This document shows positions 27,272 through 37,292 of a stretch of 64,000 bases of DNA, piece by piece; within the stretch, counting starts at the first letter, position 1; each line of letters begins with the position of its first letter. Made by a program: the position numbers and the translations under genes. This DNA comes from Deltaproteobacteria bacterium (GTDB taxonomy: Bacteria; Desulfobacterota; Syntrophia; Syntrophales; Smithellaceae). The notes under the pieces are model-generated. The model saw only the letters and a program-made list of their open reading frames with translations, was not told the DNA's origin and ran no database searches. Location: positions 305 through 64,304 of the forward strand of contig JAAYDW010000051.1 in assembly GCA_012729055.1 (NCBI GenBank), given 5' to 3'.

Positions 27272-27397
27272 TCACGCCGTCTTCTTCCGGAAAGGCGCCG
27301 GTTTCTTCCCACGGTCCGGCCGCGGCGGCCGGGACTGCTTTTCGCGCAGCAGCCGGGAAATGTCCTTCTGCCGGCGCGTGGTCTTCTGCCCGCCCAT
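27272..27397 (-). CDS. Possible 41-aa highly basic micro-ORF at the end of the RND operon (speculative)
   Basis: The ATG lies 2 nt after the TAG of the P-II-like gene. Translation: MGGQKTTRRQKDISRLLREKQSRPPRPDRGKKPAPFRKKTA. Third-position GC is strongly enriched, as in neighbouring genes. No family recognised; below the ORF-track cutoff. Confidence 0.25.
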   Translation of the reverse strand: MGGQKTTRRQKDISRLLREKQSRPPRPDRGKKPAPFRKKTA

Positions 27398-27399
27398 CG

Positions 27400-27690
27400 C
27401 TACACGCACTCCTCGAGCGGAAAGGTGAAAGCCCGCAGGCCGGCCCGCGGATGTTCGTCTCTCAGGCGCCGCACCAGGTCAATCAGGCGTCCGACATCGG
27501 AGTCGGGCACCGCCAGCATCAGTGTATTGTTCCGACCGGGCCAGATGTGGGAATCCAGTTTGGGCTCGCTTTCCACCCCCTCGCCCGTCGCTCCGCGTAT
27601 TTTGGTGTAGCTTCTGTAGCCCGCCTGCTTGAAGGCCTCCGTGATGCTTTCATCGGAAGCTTCGGCGTACACAACCAGAAACATCTTCAT
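27400..27690 (-). CDS. Small P-II-like, transporter-associated protein
   Basis: 96 aa with a beta-alpha-beta-like pattern (MFLVVYAEASDESITEAFKQAGYRSYTKIRGATGEG). Lies immediately downstream of the RND pump. Resembles small P-II-fold proteins I recall annotated beside RND pumps. Confidence 0.7.
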   Translation of the reverse strand: MKMFLVVYAEASDESITEAFKQAGYRSYTKIRGATGEGVESEPKLDSHIWPGRNNTLMLAVPDSDVGRLIDLVRRLRDEHPRAGLRAFTFPLEECV

Positions 27691-27719
27691 GGCATAACCT
27701 CCCTGGCGGAAAATTGCGA

Positions 27720-30700
27720 TTACTTCCGGGCCAATTTCTCTTTTTTCTTTTTGCGGTTCTTAAAAGACTCCTGCCAGTCGTCGAAAATATCGTAAGCGGC
27801 GGGAACAACGATCAGCGTCAGAACCAGCGACGTCAAAAGCCCTCCGATCACCGCAATGCCCATGGGCGCGCGCGTTTCCGCGCCTTCGCCCACTCCCAGT
27901 GCAATGGGCAGCATGCCGAACACCATGGCAAAGGTCGTCATCAGAATCGGCCGCATCCGGACCGGCCCCGCCTGGAGGATGGCTTCGCGCCGCGCCATTC
28001 CCCGGCCGCGCAGCACATTGGTATAGTCCACCAGCAGAATCGCGTTTTTCTTCACCAGGCCCATAAGCAGAATCAAACCGATAAAACTGAAAATGTTGAG
28101 CGTGTTCCCCGTCAGAAACAGGGCGCCGAATGCCCCGATAAACGACAGCGGCATGGAGAGCAAAACCGTAATCGGATGGATAAAGCTTTCAAACTGCGAT
28201 GCCAGGATCATATACGCCATGACAATTCCCAGGAACAACGCAAAAATCAGGTACACGAAGGATTCCTGCATGACGTCGGCCATTCCGTAATATTTGGGAA
28301 CATAATCCGCCGGCAGGATTTTTGCGGCAATGGCGTCGAGTTCGTTTTTCGCCTCCCCGAGAGGTTTTCCTTCCAGGGAAGCAAAGACGGTGATGGATCT
28401 CTGCCGGTCCGCGCGGTTGATCACGCTGGGACCCGTGCCTTCCTCCACCTTGACCACGTTGGCCAGTTCCACCAACTTTCCGTCGCGGGCGCGCACGGCA
28501 ATGCGCCCCAGGCCCTGTTCGTTTTCCCGGTCCCCGGGATTCAGGCGCACGCGGATGTCGTAGCGTTTGCCGCGCAGCTCATCCTTGTAGCGGGCGATGT
28601 CCAGTTCCCCGCTGATCAACAGATTGATCGCCTCGGCGATCGTCGCCACATCCACGCCCAGGTTGGCCGCCCGGTCGCGGTCAATATAGACCTTGAATTC
28701 CGGCTTCCCTCTCTCCAGCGAGGTGTCCACATCGACAATGCCCGGCAGTTTGGAAAACTCCGCCGTAATTTTTTTTGCGTACTCCTGCAGCGCGCCCAGA
28801 TCCTGTCCCCGGATGCTGTACTGAATGGGCACGTTCCGGATGCCGCCGCCGACCACAGAAATATCTTCCGCAGATACCTTGATCCCCGGAATTGTATTCA
28901 ATTTAGTCCGCGCCATCTTTTTCAGTTCTTCCTGGCTGTGCCGCCGCTGGGCTTTCGGCGTCAGGTTGACCATCATGAGCGCGCGGTTGGTGTAGCCCCC
29001 GTAACCCTGAACATAATAAACGGATGTGACTCCCGGCAGCTCCTGGATCATCGCTTCGGTGTTTCCATAATAGCGTTCCAGTTCCTCAACCGAAAAGTCA
29101 ATGGGCGCCTCCATGCGGATCATGAATACGCCCTGATCCTCCGGCGGATTGAATTCCTTGCCGATAAACGTCGTCAGGCCGAGGCTCAAAATAAAAACGG
29201 CGAGGGCGGCAAGAAGGACGGTCTTGCGGTAGCCCAGGGTGACTTGCAGAATGCGCCGGTAAAACGATTCCAGCTTTTTGTAGGAATGCTCCATCAAATC
29301 GTTCAATTTTTGCCAGATCGTTTTTTTCGCCGGGGGAAGCAACCCGGATTGCGCTGCCATCGGATTGGGCACGGATTTCTTCTGCGCCTTGAGAAAGATC
29401 GACGCCATCATCGGCGTCAGCGTGAAGGATACCAGCAGAGACACCAGCACTGCAAAGACGATGGTCAGCGCGAATTGCAGGAAGAAACGGCCGATGATCC
29501 CTTTCATGAAGGCGACGGGCAGAAAGATCGCCACGATAGCCAGCGTCGTCGCCATGACCGCCAGGCCGATTTCCGAGGTGGCAAAGGTGGCCGCCTCGCG
29601 CGGCTCCATGCCTTCCTCCACGTGCCGGTAGATGTTTTCAATGACAATAATGGCGTCATCGATCAGCAGTCCCACCGAAAGCGACAGCGCCAGCATCGTC
29701 ATGTTGTTGAAGGTAAAGTTAAACGCGTTGAGCAGGGCAAACGTGGAGATGACGGACACCGGCAGGGCCACGGCGCTGATGAGCGTCGTGCGCACGTTTT
29801 TTAAAAAGAGAAATACGGCCAGGATGGCAAAGAGGCTGCCGATGAGCAGGTGAAACTGCACTTCATCGATGGAGCGGACAATAAACAGCGACTGGTCCAC
29901 GGCGATATTGATCTTCATTCCGGGAGGCAGCGTCTTGTTGATCTTCGCAATTTCACTTTTCACCCGGTTGGCCACTTCCACCGTGTTGGTTCCGGACTGC
30001 TTCTGAATCGCCATGCCGACCGCCGGAACCCGGTTAAAGCGCGCCAGCGACCGTTTTTCTTCCATGCCGTCTTCCGCGCGGCCGATATCGCGGACCCGCA
30101 CCGGCGCGCCTTTATAGTAGCTGATAATCAGATCGTTAAAATCCGGAATACGCGCAAACTCCCCCTTGATCCGAACCGTGTATTCCTTGGTTTTCGTTTC
30201 AATCCGGCCGCCAGGAAGCTCGATATTTTCCCGTTTCAGAGCCAGGACCACATCGCCCGGAGCGATCTGATAGGCCTGCATTCTGGCGGTATCCAGCCAG
30301 ATGCGGACCTGGCGGAGCCGAAGCCCGTAAAAGATGACGTCGCCCACGCCGTTGATCCGCTGGAGCTGTTCCTTCAAAACCTCATCGGCATACAGAGACA
30401 AATCGCGCACCGACCGGTCTCCGGAAAGATTGAGAAACAGAATCGGCGACGCGTCGGGATCCACTTTCGCAATCCGCGGCTCGTCGATATCCTCGGGCAG
30501 CTTGTTGCGAATCGCGGAAACTTTTTCGCGCACGTCCTGAACGGCCTGATCGATGTCCCGTTCCAGAACGAACTCGATCGTGGTTCGGGCATAGCTTTCA
30601 TAGCTTGTCGAGGTGATGCTCTTGACGCCGTTGATCGTGTTCACCGCGCCCTCGATGCGGTCGGTGACGTCTACGTCCATGACGTCGGGGCTCGCGCCCT

Positions 30701-30854
30701 TGAGCGTGGTGGTGATGGTCACAATGGGGAAATCAATCTTCGGAAAGAGATCCACGCCGATGGACGGATAACTGACGAGCCCCAGCACCACCAGCGCCAG
30801 GATGACCATGGTGGCGAAAACCGGCCGTTTGACGGAAGTATCAGCGAGCCACAT
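27720..30854 (-). CDS. RND efflux pump inner-membrane permease (AcrB/HAE family)
   Basis: 1044 aa, 12-TM RND architecture. N-terminus MWLADTSVKRPVFATMVILALVVLG. Typical AcrB-like repeats. Confidence 0.95.
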   Translation of the reverse strand: MWLADTSVKRPVFATMVILALVVLGLVSYPSIGVDLFPKIDFPIVTITTTLKGASPDVMDVDVTDRIEGAVNTINGVKSITSTSYESYARTTIEFVLERDIDQAVQDVREKVSAIRNKLPEDIDEPRIAKVDPDASPILFLNLSGDRSVRDLSLYADEVLKEQLQRINGVGDVIFYGLRLRQVRIWLDTARMQAYQIAPGDVVLALKRENIELPGGRIETKTKEYTVRIKGEFARIPDFNDLIISYYKGAPVRVRDIGRAEDGMEEKRSLARFNRVPAVGMAIQKQSGTNTVEVANRVKSEIAKINKTLPPGMKINIAVDQSLFIVRSIDEVQFHLLIGSLFAILAVFLFLKNVRTTLISAVALPVSVISTFALLNAFNFTFNNMTMLALSLSVGLLIDDAIIVIENIYRHVEEGMEPREAATFATSEIGLAVMATTLAIVAIFLPVAFMKGIIGRFFLQFALTIVFAVLVSLLVSFTLTPMMASIFLKAQKKSVPNPMAAQSGLLPPAKKTIWQKLNDLMEHSYKKLESFYRRILQVTLGYRKTVLLAALAVFILSLGLTTFIGKEFNPPEDQGVFMIRMEAPIDFSVEELERYYGNTEAMIQELPGVTSVYYVQGYGGYTNRALMMVNLTPKAQRRHSQEELKKMARTKLNTIPGIKVSAEDISVVGGGIRNVPIQYSIRGQDLGALQEYAKKITAEFSKLPGIVDVDTSLERGKPEFKVYIDRDRAANLGVDVATIAEAINLLISGELDIARYKDELRGKRYDIRVRLNPGDRENEQGLGRIAVRARDGKLVELANVVKVEEGTGPSVINRADRQRSITVFASLEGKPLGEAKNELDAIAAKILPADYVPKYYGMADVMQESFVYLIFALFLGIVMAYMILASQFESFIHPITVLLSMPLSFIGAFGALFLTGNTLNIFSFIGLILLMGLVKKNAILLVDYTNVLRGRGMARREAILQAGPVRMRPILMTTFAMVFGMLPIALGVGEGAETRAPMGIAVIGGLLTSLVLTLIVVPAAYDIFDDWQESFKNRKKKKEKLARK

Positions 30855-31971
30855 TGACCTTTACCCCTTCCGACAGGTTGTTCTGGCCGACGACGACCAC
30901 CTGCTCGCCGGCTTTCAGGCCTTCGGTCACCTCGACGTGCTCGCCGAACGCATTTCCCGTTTTGATGATGCGTTCCCTGGCCTCGCCGCCGTCGACCACG
31001 TAAATCCGGATGGCGGGACCGTCGTACATCAGCGACGTCAGCGGCGCCACCACCGCGTCCCGGGGCGCCTCGGTGGAAATCTTGATCCGCGCGAAAGAGC
31101 CGGGTTTCAGGGCGAACCCGGCGTTGGGAACGAGCGCCTCCGCCTGCATCGTGCGCGTGCGCTCTTCAATATGCGGATACAGGAGGCTGACTTTGCCCTT
31201 GAAGGTTTTGCCGGGAAAGGCGTCCACGGTGAAGGCAACCTCCTGGCCCTCCCGCACGGAAGCGACGTCCTTCTCGCTGATGGTAAAGGCAAGCTTGAGG
31301 GGATTGACTTTGATGAGTTGGAAGAGCGGCGTTCCGTTGCGCACGTAGTCGCCCGCGGACACCCGCTTTTCCTTGACCGCGCCGACCAGCGGCGAATAGA
31401 TTTTCACCCGAACCAGCCTTTCCCGCGCGATCGCCTGCGTCGCCCGGGCCCGTTCCAGTTCGGCTTCAGCCAGCGCCACGCGCGTGGAAATATCGTCAAA
31501 CTGCTGCCTCGTGATGAGCTCTTCCCGATACAGGGCTTCTTTCCTCTTGAATTCGGCGCGCGCGTTTGTCAGCGTCGCTTCCGCCTGGCGGAGCATCGCG
31601 TCCGCGCGCTTCGCGTCGAGGTGATAATCGGTTTCGTTGATCTGGGCCAAAAGCGTCCCCCGGACCACGAGCGTTCCTTCTTCCACGAAGATATTCTTGA
31701 TCAGCCCGTCCACTTCGGAGCTGACCAATACTTCCTCGTCGGCTTTCAACGTTCCGGTCGTTTCCAGGTACGGCTGAACGCTGCGGATTTCAGAGGTCCA
31801 GACGCGGACATTCACCGGGCGCTCCGGCTCCGCCTGCTTTTCCCCCGAGCAGGCGGCCAGGGAAAACAAAACCGGACAAGCGACGAGCAGCGCCAGCAGA
31901 CCTGAGGCAAACGGACGAACGGACATCGACGTTCCGTAAAATAATTTATTGGCAACACGCATACACTCCAT
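30841..31971 (-). CDS. RND periplasmic adaptor (membrane fusion protein)
   Basis: Lipobox LAAC. Alpha-hairpin and barrel-sandwich pattern. Overlaps the pump start. An alternative start is the ATG at 31926. Confidence 0.9.
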   Translation of the reverse strand: MECMRVANKLFYGTSMSVRPFASGLLALLVACPVLFSLAACSGEKQAEPERPVNVRVWTSEIRSVQPYLETTGTLKADEEVLVSSEVDGLIKNIFVEEGTLVVRGTLLAQINETDYHLDAKRADAMLRQAEATLTNARAEFKRKEALYREELITRQQFDDISTRVALAEAELERARATQAIARERLVRVKIYSPLVGAVKEKRVSAGDYVRNGTPLFQLIKVNPLKLAFTISEKDVASVREGQEVAFTVDAFPGKTFKGKVSLLYPHIEERTRTMQAEALVPNAGFALKPGSFARIKISTEAPRDAVVAPLTSLMYDGPAIRIYVVDGGEARERIIKTGNAFGEHVEVTEGLKAGEQVVVVGQNNLSEGVKVNVAR

Positions 31972-32005
31972 CCCTCTCCGCGCCCCCAGAGGCGCCGCGA
32001 TCCTT

Positions 32006-33307
32006 TCAGACTCCGTCCAGAACGAACGTCAAGAGCGTTCCGCTCGATTTTCTCACTTTCAAATAGGCAAGCCGCAAGCCGTAGAGGGCTTCCGCCGCGT
32101 TTCTTTCCGCGGTCAGCAACAGCGCGTTGGCGTCCATGACGTCCAGACTCGTCGCCAGACCGTTTTCATACTGCCGCAAAACGGCGTTGTAATTGTCCTG
32201 GGCGAACACGAGCTGGTCCTCCAGAAACGTAAGGGCGCCCTGCTGCGTTTCCAGATCCAGATAGGCGCCGCGCAGTTCGACGTCGATGTTTTTTTTGAGG
32301 TCATCGTACGCCAGGCGCGCCTGACGCTCTCTGGCCTGGGCTTCCCGGAGTTCGGCAACCCGCAGTCCGCCTTCAAAAAAAGGGAAGTTGAGCGACGCGC
32401 CCGCCAAAACGCTTTCGCGAACGAGGCTCATCGTCGCCGGATTCTGGTCCGCCGCGTTGTATATGGCGTATAACCCGACCGTGGGCCAAAAGGCGCCCCG
32501 GGCGTACTTCACCTGCTGTTCGGCGATCATCTTCTGCATCTCGTAGCTTTTCAAGTCGGCCCGCAGGGAAAAAGCCGTCTGCCGCAGGGCGTCAAACCGG
32601 TCCAGCTCCGGAGAGGTTCCGTTTTCGTCCTTCAAACGAAAGGTTTCCTCGATCCCCGTCACGCGGGTCAGCGCCGCGCGCGACAGTTTGTAGGCGTTGG
32701 TCGCCCGGATGTAATCGGCGCGAGCGCCGGACAGTTCGCCATCGGCCCGCAGGAGCGCCGTTTTCGTCACATCGCCGACTTTGAGTCTTTTCACCACGGA
32801 ATCGCGGTACTGCGTCAGCCGCTCCATATTGGCCGCCGCGATTTCCAGGCCTTTTTTCGCCCGCAGCACATCAAAGTATGCCGACGCCACGGCCAGAAGA
32901 AAATCCGCTTTGGCGGCGTCGAGGTCGTACTCGCTTTTGGTGATCATCTGGCCGGACATTTTAAGAGCGTCCAGTTCGCGGACGCTGAGCGAAAACGCCT
33001 GATCGGCGCGGATGCCCCACGTTCCGGACTCCTGCGGCTGAATCACCGCGCCGGTGACGGTGAATTTCTCCTCGGAAAAGCGATTGTAGGTGCCGAAGGC
33101 CGTTACCTTGGGAATCAAAACCGCCCAGGCCTTTTTTCTGGTCATCTGCGAGATGAACAGATTTTCTTCGGCATATTTTATTTTTTCGGAATTCTTGAGC
33201 GCCTGCCGGTATAAATCGCCCAGGGTGTATTCCTGAGCCGCCGCGCCGGTCGCGAAAATCGCCGCGGCGCAGGCCAGGGCCAGCAGTCCACACCACACGT
33301 TGTTCAT
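32006..33307 (-). CDS. TolC-family outer-membrane channel (paralog 1)
   Basis: Signal peptide MNNVWCGLLALACAAAIFATGAAAQ (internal ATG of the 33418 ORF). Two-repeat TolC coiled-coil pattern. Confidence 0.85.
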   Translation of the reverse strand: MNNVWCGLLALACAAAIFATGAAAQEYTLGDLYRQALKNSEKIKYAEENLFISQMTRKKAWAVLIPKVTAFGTYNRFSEEKFTVTGAVIQPQESGTWGIRADQAFSLSVRELDALKMSGQMITKSEYDLDAAKADFLLAVASAYFDVLRAKKGLEIAAANMERLTQYRDSVVKRLKVGDVTKTALLRADGELSGARADYIRATNAYKLSRAALTRVTGIEETFRLKDENGTSPELDRFDALRQTAFSLRADLKSYEMQKMIAEQQVKYARGAFWPTVGLYAIYNAADQNPATMSLVRESVLAGASLNFPFFEGGLRVAELREAQARERQARLAYDDLKKNIDVELRGAYLDLETQQGALTFLEDQLVFAQDNYNAVLRQYENGLATSLDVMDANALLLTAERNAAEALYGLRLAYLKVRKSSGTLLTFVLDGV

Positions 33308-33347
33308 GTGCCCGATCCTTTCCCTTTCTAAAAAAATACTGACCCGT

Positions 33348-34685
33348 TCACCGGGCGGCCCCCATCGACCGCTCAAGCCGCGCCAGTGAAATATGATAAT
33401 CCGCCAGGGCGTTGGCATATTCGGACTTCGCGCGCGTGAGCAGCGTCTGGGCGTCCAATACTTCCGTTGAACGCGCCACCCTTTCTTTATAGCGGGCTTC
33501 GGCGATCCGGAAGTTTTCCTCGGCCTGTTCGATCACTTTCTGCGAAACGGCAATCTGACTTTCGGCTTCCTGCAGCGTGAGGAAGGCGTTCTTGATTTCC
33601 AGCGCCACCTGATCCTGAAGTTCCCGAACCTGATCGAGCGCCTGATTTTCCGCCGCCTTCCCCGCGTCCACCCGGAACTTGGTTTTGCCCCACTCCCAGA
33701 AATTCCAGCTGGCCACCGCCATCACCTGCCAGCTTTCCATGTCCTTGTACAGCGTGCCGGACACGGACGGCGTATCGCCGAAACGGGCGTAGTTGCCCAC
33801 CAGACTGACGGCGGGGAAGAATTCGCTTTGCGCAACGCGGACCATCTGGCCGGCCTGATCGGCCCGCAGCGCGGACATCTTCAGCTCCGGTCGTCGCTGC
33901 CTGGCGATTTCCAGACAGTTTTCAAAGGTCCGGCTGAAGGGGGAGTAGGTCAGCATATCGACGATCTCCACGGGCTCCGTCACCGCGCGCTTCAGCACCG
34001 TGTTGAGGCGGGCCTTGGCAAGTTCCAGGGCGTTTTGCGCGCGGACCGCCGCCTGCCGGCCGTTGGCCAGTTCCACTTCCGTCTGTAAAAGATCGTTTTT
34101 GGGAATGAGGCCGACGCGGTAGAAATTCCGGGCGACGTCGGAATGGGCGGAAAGCATCTCCACCGCCTGACGCGCGTTTTCCGCGAGCCGCTGGGACCGC
34201 AGGATGTTGAAATAGGCGATTTTCACATCCTGGACCACATCCAGGGATTTGGCCGTCACTTCGACGGCCGCCGCGTCTTCGGCGATCCGGCTGGCCTGAT
34301 AATTGGCCCAGAGGCCGCCGCCGGTAAACAGCGGCTGGCGGGCCTCGATGATCCAGTTGTAGTTGTTGATCGTTCCCGTCACCATGTACGCTCCGGGAAG
34401 GGGAGGCGGCCCGGCAAATCCCGGAAAGTAAAAGCTCGGTTCCTCGTTGAGCCGGGTGTAACTGTAGGACGTGCTGAATTTCGGCAGAAATCCGGCAAGC
34501 GCCTCGCGCTTTCTGGCTTCGGCGCCCCGGGCGCCCTCCCTGGCCATATTCAGCACCAGGCTGTTTTTGAGCGCCAGCGACACGCAATCGTCGAGCGTCA
34601 GCGGCTCCTGGGCCCGCGCGGACGCGGACGCAACAAGCGCCGCGGCCAGGGCGATAACCAACACGGATCGGATGTCAGCGGTCAT
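33348..34685 (-). CDS. TolC-family outer-membrane channel (paralog 2)
   Basis: Signal peptide ..ASASARAQEP. TolC-like repeats (LTLDDCVSLALKNS; ARYKERVARSTEVLDAQ). Confidence 0.88.
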   Translation of the reverse strand: MTADIRSVLVIALAAALVASASARAQEPLTLDDCVSLALKNSLVLNMAREGARGAEARKREALAGFLPKFSTSYSYTRLNEEPSFYFPGFAGPPPLPGAYMVTGTINNYNWIIEARQPLFTGGGLWANYQASRIAEDAAAVEVTAKSLDVVQDVKIAYFNILRSQRLAENARQAVEMLSAHSDVARNFYRVGLIPKNDLLQTEVELANGRQAAVRAQNALELAKARLNTVLKRAVTEPVEIVDMLTYSPFSRTFENCLEIARQRRPELKMSALRADQAGQMVRVAQSEFFPAVSLVGNYARFGDTPSVSGTLYKDMESWQVMAVASWNFWEWGKTKFRVDAGKAAENQALDQVRELQDQVALEIKNAFLTLQEAESQIAVSQKVIEQAEENFRIAEARYKERVARSTEVLDAQTLLTRAKSEYANALADYHISLARLERSMGAAR

Positions 34686-35295
34686 GATTTTTAACTCCGT
34701 TTAAGAAAATATCCAGAATGATCTGCGTTTTGGAAACCAGCGGCTCTTTCGGCTGCAGAAACATCCAGTCCATGGAGGCGGCCCGGATCAGATGCGACAG
34801 CGCGGCGGCCGTTTCATGCGACGGAAGACGCCGAATCATGCCTTTTTTCATGCCGGCTTTTAGTATATTTTCGACAAAAGATAAATGCCTAAAATAATCG
34901 TTCCGCAGCCGTCGGCGCATCGTGTCCGTCATGTCGGGCGAAAGATCGCCCTCCCCCCGCAGGAAGATCCGGCAGAAATCGGCATTCTCCTCGACAAACC
35001 GAAGCTGCGAGTCGATCACGGCCGCGATGCGGTCCTGCAGGGAATCGGCCGACGAAACCGCCCGTCGGACCGCGTCGTACATCAGCGTCAGCTTTTCAAA
35101 GATCATCGTCGTGTAAAGATGCTCCTTGCTGTCAAAGTACTGGTACAGCGCCCCGGTGGAGAAGCCGGAGGCCTTGGCGATCTGGGCCACCGTCACATTG
35201 TGGTAGCCCCGCACGGAAAAGCGCTTTTCCGCTTCCGCAAGAATCGCCCGGCGCCTCATGAGGAACTCCCGTTCCTTGCGCTGTTTTTTTTCCAT
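34675..35295 (-). CDS. TetR/AcrR-family repressor, first gene of the RND operon
   Basis: HTH RGYHNVTVAQIAKASGFSTGALYQYF. Start at the internal ATG (MEKKQRKE..). Overlaps the TolC paralog 2 start by 11 nt. Confidence 0.88.
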   Translation of the reverse strand: MEKKQRKEREFLMRRRAILAEAEKRFSVRGYHNVTVAQIAKASGFSTGALYQYFDSKEHLYTTMIFEKLTLMYDAVRRAVSSADSLQDRIAAVIDSQLRFVEENADFCRIFLRGEGDLSPDMTDTMRRRLRNDYFRHLSFVENILKAGMKKGMIRRLPSHETAAALSHLIRAASMDWMFLQPKEPLVSKTQIILDIFLNGVKNHDR

Positions 35296-35319
35296 GGTTG
35301 AATACCCGGTCCGGTTTTT

Positions 35320-35352
35320 TGAACAACCGTTCATTTTATGAATACTCGTTCA
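35320..35352. promoter_or_regulatory. Two tandem 14-bp palindromic boxes upstream of tetR; candidate operator
   Basis: TGAACAACCGTTCA (35320-35333) and TGAATACTCGTTCA (35339-35352), 19 bp centre to centre, 25-57 bp upstream of the tetR ATG. Confidence 0.45.
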
Positions 35353-35448
35353 CATGTCCGGCGCCGTTTGTCAAGTTTTTTGTCCGGGCGGAAGGCGGCG
35401 GGCCCGGCCTCCGGCCCGCGCGGGGAAACGTCCGTTCGGACGCGGGGC

Positions 35449-36180
35449 TCAGTCCCGGAACCGGAAACGAAGAATGTGAAAAATGGCGCAGACGGCGTCG
35501 GCCCAGCCGATCTTCTTTCCTTCCTCGTACGTGCGCCCCGCATAGGAAATGCCGGTTTCGTAAACCCGGAGCCGTTTTCCGGCAAGCCGCATGCGCGCGA
35601 CCTTGGCGGTGATCTCCGGTTCGACGCCGAACCGCGGGCTTTTGAGATTGAGCCGGCGGGCCACCTCGCTCCGGAAGACCTTGTAGCAGACTTCCATGTC
35701 GGTCAGGTTGAGGTTGGTGAGCATGTTGGAGAGCGTGGTCAGAATCGTGTTGGCGAACTGATGCCAGTAGTACATGACGCGGTGCGGTTCGCCGATAAAC
35801 CGGCTGCCGAACACCACGTCGGCCCGGCCGTCCAGAATCGGCCCCAGGAGCTTGGGGTAGTCGGCCGGATCGTACTCCAGGTCCGCATCCTGAATCAGGA
35901 TGAGATCGCCGGTTGCTTTCGCAAAGCCGTCGCGCAGCGCCGCCCCCTTCCCCTCGTTGACGGTTTTGTTGATCAGGTGAAACGGGATCGCGGGATATTT
36001 TTCCGTCAGGGACTGCATCACCTGCCAGGAACGGTCCCGCGACGCGTCGTTCACCAGGATGATTTCACGCTCCAGACTGCCGGGCAGCGGCTGCGCGATC
36101 ACCCGGCGCAGCAGCTCTTCCAGGTACGGCTCCTCATCGTAAACGGGAATGACAATGGACAGCATTTTAAAGGGTAGCAT
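35449..36180 (-). CDS. Family-2 glycosyltransferase (polyprenyl-phosphate sugar transferase-like)
   Basis: LSIVIPVYDEE, ILVNDASRD, IQDADLEYDP (DxD). Confidence 0.85.
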   Translation of the reverse strand: MLPFKMLSIVIPVYDEEPYLEELLRRVIAQPLPGSLEREIILVNDASRDRSWQVMQSLTEKYPAIPFHLINKTVNEGKGAALRDGFAKATGDLILIQDADLEYDPADYPKLLGPILDGRADVVFGSRFIGEPHRVMYYWHQFANTILTTLSNMLTNLNLTDMEVCYKVFRSEVARRLNLKSPRFGVEPEITAKVARMRLAGKRLRVYETGISYAGRTYEEGKKIGWADAVCAIFHILRFRFRD

Positions 36181-36280
36181 AGTCGGGTCCGCCGCATCGA
36201 TTTGAAATCATGGAAAATGCTTTTCGCACATCCGGCTCAAATTATCAAATGTATTCTGGCGGTTGACTCCGTCGCCCGTT

Positions 36281-37240
36281 CTACGCGCCTATGGGATCGA
36301 AAAGAGCCGTCGAGAGGTAGCGTTCGCCGGCGTCGGGCAGAATCACCACGATGGTCTTTGCGGCAAACTCGGGCCGTTGCGCCAGGCGCACGGCCGCCGC
36401 GGCCGCCGCGCCGCAGGAAATGCCGACAAGCATCCCTTCTTCCCGGGCCAGACGGCGGGCGAATTCGAGGGCCTCCGCGCTTTCCACCGTCTCGACGCGG
36501 TCGATGAGCGACAGATCCAGCGTGTCGGGAATGAAGCCCGCGCCGATCCCCTGAATCTTGTGCGGCGCCGGTTTCAGCGGAAGACCCGCCAGCTTCTGGC
36601 TGATCACCGGACTTTCCGCGGGCTCCACCGCCACGGACAGAATCTTTTTGCCCATGGTGCTCTTGATAAAGCGGGAAACGCCGGAAATCGTTCCGCCCGT
36701 CCCGACGCCCGCCACCAGCGCGTCAATGGCTCCTTCCGTGTCGTTCCAGATTTCCGGCCCCGTCGTTTTTTCATGAATGGCGGGATTGGCCGGATTCTTG
36801 AACTGCTGGGGCAGAAAATATTTCTGCGGATCGGACTGGGCGAGGGTCTCCGCCCGGACGATCGCGCCCGGTATGCCTTCCGCGCCCGGCGTAAGCATCA
36901 GGTTCGCGCCGAAGGCGGCCAGCACGCGCCGGCGTTCGAGGCTCATGGTTTCCGGCATGGCGAGCGTCAGCCGGTAGCCGCGCGCCGCCGCCACGGACGC
37001 GAGCGCGATGCCCGTGTTGCCGCTGGTCGGCTCGACGATTTCCATTCCCGGCGTGAGAAGGCCCCTGGCTTCGGCGTCCCGGATCATGGCTGCTCCGATG
37101 CGGCACTTGACGGAATAAGCCGGATTACGTCCCTCCATTTTCGCCAGCACCGTCGCCCCGGCGCCTGCGGTCACGCGGTTCAACCGGACGAGCGGCGTGT
37201 TGCCGACCGACTGTGAATTATCCGAGTAAATCCTGCTCAT
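36281..37240 (-). CDS. cysK: Cysteine synthase A (O-acetylserine sulfhydrylase)
   Basis: [14 protein letters not shown]-lysine region [20 protein letters not shown]. Start at the internal ATG (MSRIYSDN). Confidence 0.92.
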   Translation of the reverse strand: MSRIYSDNSQSVGNTPLVRLNRVTAGAGATVLAKMEGRNPAYSVKCRIGAAMIRDAEARGLLTPGMEIVEPTSGNTGIALASVAAARGYRLTLAMPETMSLERRRVLAAFGANLMLTPGAEGIPGAIVRAETLAQSDPQKYFLPQQFKNPANPAIHEKTTGPEIWNDTEGAIDALVAGVGTGGTISGVSRFIKSTMGKKILSVAVEPAESPVISQKLAGLPLKPAPHKIQGIGAGFIPDTLDLSLIDRVETVESAEALEFARRLAREEGMLVGISCGAAAAAAVRLAQRPEFAAKTIVVILPDAGERYLSTALFDPIGA

Positions 37241-37292
37241 GGTTTGCCTCCTGTCCCTCCCCCGTTTGTAAAATCGGCGGGAGGGTTGTGCA

